Assembly: GCF_000025945.1 (NCBI RefSeq)
Contig: NC_006138.1
Coordinates: forward strand, 480,001-512,000
Direction of reading: 5' to 3'
Length of the DNA: 32,000 nucleotides
From: Desulfotalea psychrophila LSv54
GTDB lineage: Bacteria; Desulfobacterota; Desulfobulbia; Desulfobulbales; Desulfocapsaceae
The notes below the pieces were generated by a model that saw only the letters and a program-made list of their open reading frames with translations, searched no databases and was not told the origin of the DNA. Both the position numbers and the translations under genes were made by a program. Below are positions 20,642-28,090 of the stretch, one piece after another (position 1 is the first letter of the stretch; each line of letters opens with the position of its first letter).

Positions 20642-21166
20642 CTAAAAAAAACAGGGGCCCTGCGCCTTTAAAATTGCCAGACCATAATTTATTATCGGAA
20701 CCGACGCTGACAAAAAATTGATTCGACGAAGCATCTCTGCCCCGGGAGCAGGCACATAGGCTTGCAAAGGCTGACATAGAGATAAAATGCTCCTTACAGG
20801 TCTATGCAAACGCTCTCTCAGCAATAAAGTAGCCTTTGCGGATTCATGCAAGGGCTGTCTGCTCAATAAAATGGCCTTTGCGGGTTCATGCAAGGGCTGT
20901 CGGAGCAATAAAATGGTCTTTGCGGGTCTCCGCAAGGGCTCTCCGCTTAATAAAGTAGCCTTTGCTGGTTCACGCAAGGTCGTTTTATTAGCTTTGCGGA
21001 TCTTTGCAAGGTCGTTTTATTAGTTTAGGACTTTGCGAGCTTCTTACTCTTCCAGATTTTCTGGAAAATCATAAGCTGCAGCAAAACAAAGTTCCTTCTG
21101 AATCTAATCAAGTAGCAGCTTCGGCAGCTCAACTCTGCTCACATCGTCTACGGCCTGATGAGACCA
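20642..21166 (-). pseudogene. hydF: Degraded C-terminal (Fe-S cluster) domain of hydF
   Basis: One minus frame reads SHQAVDDVSRVELPKLLLD*IQKELCFAAAYDFPENLEE* (21166-21044). After the repeats the same frame reads EMLRRINFLSASVPIINYGLAILKAQG (20737-20642). These resemble the HydF C-terminal pattern CxH...DDIGRVK.P..L ... DFPE.L..YKL.IHCGxC ... REML.RI ... VPITNYGVAIA. Confidence 0.8.
20781..21042. repeat. Degenerate 42-bp tandem repeat array with a diverged 32-bp-period end, each unit carrying a small inverted repeat
   Basis: Units at 20781-20822, 20823-20864, 20865-20906, 20907-20948 and 20949-20990, consensus AATAAAATGGCCTTTGCGGGTTCATGCAAGGGCTGTCTGCTC. Then CTTTGCGGATCTTTGCAAGGTCGTTTTATTAG and a partial copy. 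CCTTTGC...GCAAGG pairs within each unit. Confidence 0.9.
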
Positions 21167-21701
21167 GGGGCGGGGCATGCTGGAATGAATCTGGCACATG
21201 GCTGATAAGAGTAGCCTTCAGGGCATCAATCCCCCTACCCTGCCGAGCGCTTACCGCCTGACAGGCAATTCCGTAAAGCCGGCAAAATTGTTCTATCTCC
21301 TGCGAGACAGGGTGAAGATCTATCTTGTTCTGAACAAGAATAAGGGGAACCTTTTGCCGCAGCAGCAGTTCAAGCTCCTGCATATCCCCTGTCGTAAGTC
21401 GTCCGCCTGCCACCACAAAGATAATCATATCGGAACGACTAACTATTTTTTTGCTTGCCTGGACCCGGAGAAGACCTAGCTCACCGCTATCGTCGGTGCC
21501 GACGGTATCGTAAAAGGTAACGGGCCCAAGGGGGAGCAACTCATAGTGCTTTAAAACAGGATCCGTCGTTGCTCCCTCCTGAGACGAAACGCTGGAGACC
21601 TGACCACAGAGGGCATTAAGCAGCAGAGATTTCCCCACATTGCGACGACCTAAAAGAGTAATAACAAGGCGCGAGGATCGTGCTGTTTGCCTATTGCTCA
21701 T
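21129..21701 (-). CDS. hydF: GTPase domain of [FeFe] hydrogenase maturation protein HydF (truncated)
   Basis: 190 aa ORF: LLGRRNVGKSLLLNALCGQ, VSSQEGATTDPVLKHYELLPLGPVTFYDTVGTDDSGELGLLR, QNKIDL. RBS GGAGG before ATGAGC. Directly downstream of hydE. Confidence 0.85.
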   Translation of the reverse strand: MSNRQTARSSRLVITLLGRRNVGKSLLLNALCGQVSSVSSQEGATTDPVLKHYELLPLGPVTFYDTVGTDDSGELGLLRVQASKKIVSRSDMIIFVVAGGRLTTGDMQELELLLRQKVPLILVQNKIDLHPVSQEIEQFCRLYGIACQAVSARQGRGIDALKATLISHVPDSFQHAPPLVSSGRRRCEQS

Positions 21702-21741
21702 AGAGCCTCCTTCTGGATCTAAGACCATTATTTACCACCTT

Positions 21742-22686
21742 CTATACAACAGACGCCACTGAGATAGGCAAAGGGGGCCTCACCTTGGCGGGGTAAATTT
21801 GATAATTCCTGCCCACTCCCGGCAAGGGCATTGCCTCCATGATCACGTTACAACCATGGTCAAGGGCCTTTTCACGCTGACAGTCCACAACCTTTGGCCC
21901 AAGAAGAGAGGCAAGAGCGCTTGTGGCTGAAATATGGGCACGGGGATTACAGAGACGCAGGAGGGCAAGACAGCGATGGCTAAGATCGAGACTACCGGCA
22001 GCCATCTTCCCCAGGGGCGTTTGCGGATGAGGGACAAAGGGGCCTGCCGTAATCATATGCAACTCTAATTTTGAGAGAAACATGATATCAGCGGCTAAGA
22101 GGGCAAGGGGATCTTGATCTGGAGAGGGCAGACCGACAATACAGCCAGAGCCCGTTTCATAGCCAAGAGCCTGCAGATGCCGTAAACTTTGCAGACGACT
22201 GGCAAAGGAACAACCGGGGCGATAGCGGTTATGAAGCTGCCAATTTGTACTTTCAAGCTTAAGCAGATAACGATCTGCCCCCGCGCCCTTCCACAGGGCC
22301 AGGGTCTGACGGTCCTGCTCGCCGAGACAAAGGGTTATGGCAACCGAACTGGCAGCACGTATCTCGGCAATAAGCTCGGCAATATCTTCTGCCGAAAAGA
22401 AGCTATCCTCACCAGCCTGAAGGACCAGAGTCTCAAACCCCATCTCCACAGCATCACGGGCACAGGCGACGATCTCCTCTCTGCTCATTCGGTAACGCCT
22501 ACCCGCATTGGCTCTGCGCAAGCCACAGTAGTGACAGTTACGCCGACAGTAGCTCGACAACTCAACAATGGCAAACAGATGAACAGAGCGACCAAAGCGA
22601 GCCACTGTCTGCTTCTTCGCCTCGGCAAAGAGCCAGCCATCGTGATGACCGGCAAGGAACTCCTCTATTTCTTTAAAGTTAAACAT
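21742..22686 (-). CDS. hydE: [FeFe] hydrogenase H-cluster radical SAM maturase
   Basis: 314 aa; radical SAM CxxxCxxC as CRRNCHYCGLRRAN; VLQAGEDSFF; VGLPSPDQDPLALLAADI; GPFVPHPQTPL; TSALASLLG. Confidence 0.9.
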   Translation of the reverse strand: MFNFKEIEEFLAGHHDGWLFAEAKKQTVARFGRSVHLFAIVELSSYCRRNCHYCGLRRANAGRRYRMSREEIVACARDAVEMGFETLVLQAGEDSFFSAEDIAELIAEIRAASSVAITLCLGEQDRQTLALWKGAGADRYLLKLESTNWQLHNRYRPGCSFASRLQSLRHLQALGYETGSGCIVGLPSPDQDPLALLAADIMFLSKLELHMITAGPFVPHPQTPLGKMAAGSLDLSHRCLALLRLCNPRAHISATSALASLLGPKVVDCQREKALDHGCNVIMEAMPLPGVGRNYQIYPAKVRPPLPISVASVV

Positions 22687-22688
22687 AA

Positions 22689-24098
22689 TTAAATATACAG
22701 ATCCCTCTCACCTGCCTCCATACGAGCAAGCTGAGCCATGAGCTGTTTCTTCACCGCCGGAGTAGAACTCTCCAGCTCATGGGCAATCTGCCTCATACCT
22801 GCCGCAAGGGTTGCAGGAGAAGCATAATCCTGTAGGTACTCATTAAAGGTCATGACCGAATTGGGATGACAAAATTTCTGGATAAACCCATCCTTGGCCA
22901 GGCTCATAAAATATTCACCGGTGCGTCCCGTCCGATAGCAGGCAGTACACCATGAGGGCATAAAGCCATGCTGTACCAGATCCAAAACAACATCGTCGAG
23001 GCTACGATGGTCCCCCACAGAGAACTGTTGACTGGTGGGCTGATCAGAGACGGGATTACTATAAGCCCCCGGATAGGTACGAGAAGCCGCACTAATCTGT
23101 GAAATACCAAGCTGAAGAAGCTCGGTGCGCATGGCAGCACTCTCCCGGGTACTCATTATCATACCGGTATAAGGCACTGCCAGACGCGTTATGGCAACGA
23201 TCTTCTTAAAGGTATAATCAGAGATTGCATAGGGTGGAGCCAGAGAAATATCGGAGCCAAGCGCTGGTTCCAGACGAGGAAAAGAGATGGTATGCGGACC
23301 GGCCCCCCAACGCCTCTCCAGCTCTTCTGCATGCTTTAGCATAGAGAGCAGTTCAAAACGATGATCATAGAGGCCAAAGAGGACACCAATACCGACATCA
23401 TCAATACCAGCCTCTTGGGCACGATCCATGGCCTGCAATCGCCACAGATAATTAGTTTTATTACCGGCAAGGTGCATCTTTTCATAGGTCGGCTGATGAT
23501 AGGTCTCCTGAAAACATTGATAGGTACCAATCTTTGCCTGGTGAAGAAGTTTAAAACCTGCCACATCCAGGGGGGCACAGTTAATGTTGACCCGACGAAT
23601 AGAACCACTCTTATCAGAGAGGGTCTCATAAACGGTGCCGACACTCTCTGCTATAAAAGTTGCATCAAGCTTGGGATGTTCTCCATAAACCAGAAGCAGT
23701 CGTTTTTGCCCACTATTTTCCAGGACACGCACATCACTGGCTATCTCTTCAGGGCTCAGGGTTTTACGAACAAGCTCCTTATTGGTGGCGTTAAAGCCGC
23801 AGTAGCGACACTGATTAACACATTCATTGGAGATATAGAGCGGAGCAAAGAGAACAATACGGTTGCCGTAGGTTGCCTGTTTTACCTGCTTGGCTGTCGC
23901 AAAAATTTCTGCATCAAGCTCGGCATTGTCATTTTCTAGAAGAATGGCAACATCCAGCAGGGAAAGCCCCTTCTTCTCCCCTGCCTTGGCCAGAATTTCT
24001 CGAACAAGGGAGGGCGCAGGCTGCTGGGCCTTATCAATAATACTCCACACCTGCTCTGCATCTATAAAATTATCTGTGGTATCCGGTTGTATTAGCAT
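22689..24098 (-). CDS. hydG: [FeFe] hydrogenase H-cluster radical SAM maturase
   Basis: YISNECVNQCRYCGFNA (CxxxCxxC), LLVYGEHP, C-terminal CTACYRTGRTGEYFMSLAKDGFIQKFCHPNSVMTFNEYLQDYA. Start MLIQPD at 24098 preferred. Confidence 0.94.
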   Translation of the reverse strand: MLIQPDTTDNFIDAEQVWSIIDKAQQPAPSLVREILAKAGEKKGLSLLDVAILLENDNAELDAEIFATAKQVKQATYGNRIVLFAPLYISNECVNQCRYCGFNATNKELVRKTLSPEEIASDVRVLENSGQKRLLLVYGEHPKLDATFIAESVGTVYETLSDKSGSIRRVNINCAPLDVAGFKLLHQAKIGTYQCFQETYHQPTYEKMHLAGNKTNYLWRLQAMDRAQEAGIDDVGIGVLFGLYDHRFELLSMLKHAEELERRWGAGPHTISFPRLEPALGSDISLAPPYAISDYTFKKIVAITRLAVPYTGMIMSTRESAAMRTELLQLGISQISAASRTYPGAYSNPVSDQPTSQQFSVGDHRSLDDVVLDLVQHGFMPSWCTACYRTGRTGEYFMSLAKDGFIQKFCHPNSVMTFNEYLQDYASPATLAAGMRQIAHELESSTPAVKKQLMAQLARMEAGERDLYI

Positions 24099-25530
24099 GA
24101 TCTGTTCCTGGCGCCTGCATGGATGATGCCAGGCGGTTATAGAGAGTACGAATAGAGATGCCCAGAGTATGGGCAGCCTGTGTTTTATTGCCGCCACACT
24201 GCTTAATGGCAGACTCCACCTCTTCCTTGCTCACTCTTTTTTTTCTTAAAAGCGGCGCATGAACTGGCGGGGAAGGTGGTCGAAGATTCTCTTGACCATC
24301 TCCAAGGACGGTGAGACGATGAGCTATATGTTCCGGCAGGAGAAGGGGGGCATCAAACATAAAAGTTGCCCACTCCATAAGATTTTTTAATTCACGCACA
24401 TTTCCCGGCCAGGGGTGCTGGAGGAGAAGTTGACAGGCAGCTTCACTTATATTGTGAAACTTCTTATGCCGTTTTTGTGAAGATTGGCGCAGGAGCATCC
24501 GAGCCAGGGGCAGTATATCTTCCCGCCGTTCCCGCAGGGCCGGGATGTATATATGTCCCACCTTAAGACGATAGTAGAGATCCTTACGAAAAGAGCCGTC
24601 GGCTACATGACTGTCAAAGTCAATATTAGTGGCGGCAATAACTCGAATATCGGTGGGAATATGACGCAGACCGCCAACACGATAAAAAGTTTTCTCTTCG
24701 AGGACCCGGAGGAGTTTTGCCTGCAACTCGGTGGGAATCTCTGCAATCTCATCAAGAAAGAGGGTTCCACCATGAGCACAGTCCAACTTACCCTGCTTAC
24801 CACGACTAACAGCACCGGTAAAAGCTCCGGAATCATAGCCAAAAAGCTCACTTTCAAAGAGAGAGGGAGATATTGCCGTACAGTTGATATCAACAAATGG
24901 TAGCAGTGATTTACTCCGGCCAAAATGAATGATTTTAGCAATGATCTCTTTACCCACCCCCGTTTCACCTTCAATCAGGACCGGGATGGAGCGATCGGTA
25001 TGATACATCTCCGCATGACGCACTACCTCCTGCATCTGGGCAGAAAAAAAGCCAAGCCCATATTGACCGAGGCCATCTACCACATTAACAGCTCCTTCTC
25101 TTCCCCCTCCGCTCAGACTGGCTGACACATTGGTTTCCCCCTCCTCGGCGGCAAGAATTACCCCCACGGACTGATACTCCACAATGCTTCCATCTGCCCG
25201 AAAGAGCCCCCTGTTGATATACTCAAGGTACTGAATCCTCCCATCCTTGCAGATAAATTTAGGCCGGGTCGTCACCTCCGCATTTTCCGGGGTTATGGAA
25301 AAAATATCGGCAATGATATCCTCCCGCTCATCCTCACTAAGAAAGGTGGCCAGATTACTGCCTATCATCTCATCAACCGTCTTTTCATAAAAATCAGCGC
25401 AAGCAGCGTTAACAAAGGTAATTGTCCCGTCAGCCTGAAAGGCACGAATGAGTTCATTCTTTTCTGGTAGCATCTGATCCGATACAACTTTACTCTGCGG
25501 CATAAATAAGGTCTCCCTGAGCAATAGCAC
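24070..25530 (-). CDS. PAS-domain sigma-54-dependent transcriptional regulator inside the hydrogenase operon
   Basis: PAS-like N-terminus (IRAFQADGTITFVNAACADFYEKTVDEMIG); AAA+ LIEGETGVGKEIIAKIIH, GYDSGAFTGAVSRG, Walker B GGTLFLDEIAEI; Fis HTH GGNKTQAAHTLGISIRTLYNRL. The start may be 25473, 25503 or 25530. Confidence 0.92.
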   Translation of the reverse strand: MLLLRETLFMPQSKVVSDQMLPEKNELIRAFQADGTITFVNAACADFYEKTVDEMIGSNLATFLSEDEREDIIADIFSITPENAEVTTRPKFICKDGRIQYLEYINRGLFRADGSIVEYQSVGVILAAEEGETNVSASLSGGGREGAVNVVDGLGQYGLGFFSAQMQEVVRHAEMYHTDRSIPVLIEGETGVGKEIIAKIIHFGRSKSLLPFVDINCTAISPSLFESELFGYDSGAFTGAVSRGKQGKLDCAHGGTLFLDEIAEIPTELQAKLLRVLEEKTFYRVGGLRHIPTDIRVIAATNIDFDSHVADGSFRKDLYYRLKVGHIYIPALRERREDILPLARMLLRQSSQKRHKKFHNISEAACQLLLQHPWPGNVRELKNLMEWATFMFDAPLLLPEHIAHRLTVLGDGQENLRPPSPPVHAPLLRKKRVSKEEVESAIKQCGGNKTQAAHTLGISIRTLYNRLASSMQAPGTDHANTTGYHR

Positions 25531-26092
25531 AGTGCCCCAACTTGGAGGCGGCTCTCTGCCGTTTTGATGTCACATTCCCACGCAGGCCGGAAGCAGGCAC
25601 CAGACTGAGGGCTTCGGCTGGACAGATGGCAACACAGGCAGGCTGATCATGGCCTGCACAGAGATCACACTTTGAAACGACAAAAAAAGATTTCTGCTGT
25701 GCCTCTTCCCCACCCTCTACTTGCCCTGAATCCTCGGTGAGCAGGAGTTGATTCCTGGTCGTCTCAACAATCTGTATTGCCCCAAAGGGACAGGCGAGGA
25801 GACAACTCTTACACCCTACACAGAGTTCAGCGATAACATCAATATGAGATTCTCTCTGAACTATTGCCCCTACCGGACAGGCGTTTGCACAGGGAGAGTC
25901 TTCACACTGCCGACACTGCACGGGCACCGTCACCTCTGCCACCTTAACCAGGTTGAGGCGGGAAACAAATGGCGTATTCCGAGCAATAAGTTCTCCTGCG
26001 GGCAGATCCTCATGGGCGCGGGCACAGGCAACCATACAGGCCTGGCAACCAATACAGAGACGGGCATCCCCCAAGACAAAGGAGTTCATCAT
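25490..26092 (-). CDS. Four-cluster 4Fe-4S electron-transfer subunit (HycB/HydN-like)
   Basis: 200 aa; CIGCQACMVACARAHE, CRQCEDSPCANACPVGAI, CVGCKSCLLACPFGAI, CDLCAGHDQPACVAICPAEAL. ATGA overlap with the hydrogenase stop. Confidence 0.92.
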   Translation of the reverse strand: MMNSFVLGDARLCIGCQACMVACARAHEDLPAGELIARNTPFVSRLNLVKVAEVTVPVQCRQCEDSPCANACPVGAIVQRESHIDVIAELCVGCKSCLLACPFGAIQIVETTRNQLLLTEDSGQVEGGEEAQQKSFFVVSKCDLCAGHDQPACVAICPAEALSLVPASGLRGNVTSKRQRAASKLGHCAIAQGDLIYAAE

Positions 26093-27468
26093 TGCCTCCT
26101 CTGTAATGTATGATCGGTATGGAGCAGCTCATGGGCCTGATGGCCAAGGGGCTCACCTAAAAACTTCTCGTACAGTTTCTTTATCTCTGGATTTTCATGG
26201 GACTTACGAACAGGAAGGGCTTTATCATGGGAATATAATCCTGCTCTTCGTCCTGCATGCGCCTCTAGCACCTGGCTAGGCAGAAGAGTTTTCGGTTGCC
26301 CTCCACCGCTTACACAACCCATGGGACAACACATCACCTCCATAAACTGGAAGTCCGCCTCACCAGCTCGTACCTGCTCTAACAGGGGCGCAATATCGGC
26401 AAGCCCCGCAGCTATGGCAACTCGGAGTTCCACCCCCTCGTGCTGAACAGTGGCAAAGCGTACCCCCTCTCCACCCCGGACATAGTCCAACTCAACACTC
26501 GGCAGTGGTTTTCCCGTAAGTACCTCACAGGCACTGCGAAGGGCCGCCTCCATTACCCCACCCGTGGTGCCGAAAATATTACCGGCTCCGGAATAACAGC
26601 CCAAAGGATTATCAAACTCCGCATCTGCCAGGGCGAGAAAATCAATCCCCACATGCTTGAGTAGCTGAGCAAGTTCCCGAGTGGTAATAACAAGATCAAC
26701 ATCGCGATAACCGCTGGCAGCCATCTCCGGCCGCTCACACTCAAACTTCTTGCAGGTACAGGGCATAACGGCAAGACTGAATATCTTTTCAGGGGCAATA
26801 CCAGCCTCTTGGGCCCCATAGGTTTTAAAGAGGGTGCCCGCCATCTGTTGCGGCGATTTACAGCTGGAGAGATGCTCAAGCAGATCGGGATATTGGTCTT
26901 CGACAAACTTCACCCAACCGGGACAACAGGAGGTAAACATGGGAAGCTTACCCTGCCCTCCTATCCGGGCAATAAGTTCAGCACCCTCCTCCATGATGGT
27001 GAGGTCAGCAGCAAAGTTGGTATCATATACCTTGGTAAAGCCCAGGGCATGAAGAGCAGCAGCCAGTTTCCCGGGAGTAAGAGAGCCATAGGGCATGCCA
27101 AACTCTTCACCAAGTGCAACCCGGACTGCGGGAGCACATTGAACAAAGGTAGAGACTTCATCGTCAGCAAGTGCTGCCAGAAGGGGAAATATATCACCCC
27201 GATAGTGAGCGGCAAAGAGAGGTTCGACAACCGTGGCCAGCATACCGCGATTTTGCAAACGCTTACCACGACCAGTGGCATAGCTCATAAGATCCGAATC
27301 GTAACCACTGCATATCTGCACACACTGACCACAGAATATGCAGGCATCTGTGTCTATCTGATGAGCTCTATTAAGTCTGCCGGAGATAGCCCCGACAGGG
27401 CAAACCTCCTTACATCTGCCACAGCCTGTACAGAGTTCCTGATCGATGGAAATAATAGCTTTTGTCAT
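26089..27468 (-). CDS. hydA: [FeFe] hydrogenase catalytic subunit
   Basis: N-terminal clusters CTGCGRCKEVCPVGAI and CIFCGQCVQIC. H-cluster motifs TSCCPGWVKF, MPCTCKKFECERPE, FMEVMCCPMGCVSGGGQP. Start MTKAIIS at 27468. Confidence 0.95.
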   Translation of the reverse strand: MTKAIISIDQELCTGCGRCKEVCPVGAISGRLNRAHQIDTDACIFCGQCVQICSGYDSDLMSYATGRGKRLQNRGMLATVVEPLFAAHYRGDIFPLLAALADDEVSTFVQCAPAVRVALGEEFGMPYGSLTPGKLAAALHALGFTKVYDTNFAADLTIMEEGAELIARIGGQGKLPMFTSCCPGWVKFVEDQYPDLLEHLSSCKSPQQMAGTLFKTYGAQEAGIAPEKIFSLAVMPCTCKKFECERPEMAASGYRDVDLVITTRELAQLLKHVGIDFLALADAEFDNPLGCYSGAGNIFGTTGGVMEAALRSACEVLTGKPLPSVELDYVRGGEGVRFATVQHEGVELRVAIAAGLADIAPLLEQVRAGEADFQFMEVMCCPMGCVSGGGQPKTLLPSQVLEAHAGRRAGLYSHDKALPVRKSHENPEIKKLYEKFLGEPLGHQAHELLHTDHTLQRRQ

Positions 27469-27481
27469 TATAATAGCCCTC

Positions 27482-28090
27482 TTAAACTGAGTAATTTCTG
27501 CCAACAGCGGCCAGGCTAAGGGCAGCTGCCTGCATTCGATGCGCTCTATGCTCCCGAGGTACAACCAGCTGCAATGCCTGTTGAGGACAGTTCAGCACAC
27601 AGGCGGGTTGCTCTTCTCCTATACAGAGATCACATTTATTGGCCACCAAACGCTGCTTGTAACGATTATGCAGACCAGAAATACTGCAATCATCCTCACA
27701 AAGGCTAAGGTGTTGCATCACGGCATGACCGTTACGAAAGAGGGGCACCAGTTCCATGGCCCCAAAGGGGCAGGCAAGCATACATGTCTTACAGCCCATA
27801 CATTTTTCCTCATCAACAAATATCACCCCATCTCTTTGGCTGATGGCCTCGACCTGGCATACATTTGCACAGGGAGCATCCTCACAATGACGACACTGAA
27901 CGGGAACATAGGCCTCATGATAGCGAACAAGATGAAGCCGTGGCTGAATGGGACTCATCATACTCCCCACGGTCAGTGGACGATTTCCCTGGGAATGCAC
28001 CTGAGAACAGGCTATTTCACAAATTCGGCAGCCGATACACCTAGTGGAATCTGCGACGACGAAGCTGTTTAAGCTCTGCTTTTTCTTCAT
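27482..28090 (-). CDS. Four-cluster 4Fe-4S electron-transfer subunit (HycB-like), partner of formate dehydrogenase
   Basis: 202 aa; CIGCRICEIACSQVH, CRHCEDAPCANVCQVEAI, CMGCKTCMLACPFGAM, CDLCIGEEQPACVLNCPQQAL. ATGA overlap with the fdhF stop. Confidence 0.92.
   Translation of the reverse strand: MKKKQSLNSFVVADSTRCIGCRICEIACSQVHSQGNRPLTVGSMMSPIQPRLHLVRYHEAYVPVQCRHCEDAPCANVCQVEAISQRDGVIFVDEEKCMGCKTCMLACPFGAMELVPLFRNGHAVMQHLSLCEDDCSISGLHNRYKQRLVANKCDLCIGEEQPACVLNCPQQALQLVVPREHRAHRMQAAALSLAAVGRNYSV

Noticed and set aside
20642-20977. Minus-strand 111 aa ORF as a novel repeat protein
   Set aside because: Its first part is the translated 42-bp repeat, while its last ~30 residues match the HydF C-terminal pattern, so it is better explained as part of the broken hydF.
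20787-21023. Plus-strand 78 aa ORF with 14-aa repeats (NKVAFADSCKGC...)
   Set aside because: It follows from a 42-bp repeat whose length is a multiple of three, overlaps the hydF remnant, and has no recognisable RBS or homology. Treated as a repeat artifact.
20781-21042. CRISPR array
   Set aside because: The 42-bp units are contiguous and degenerate along their full length, with no conserved-repeat/unique-spacer alternation, and there are no cas genes.
24070-24197. Large overlap between hydG and the sigma-54 regulator
   Set aside because: The first 33 residues of the longest hydG ORF do not look like HydG. Using MLIQPD at 24098 reduces the overlap to about 29 bp.
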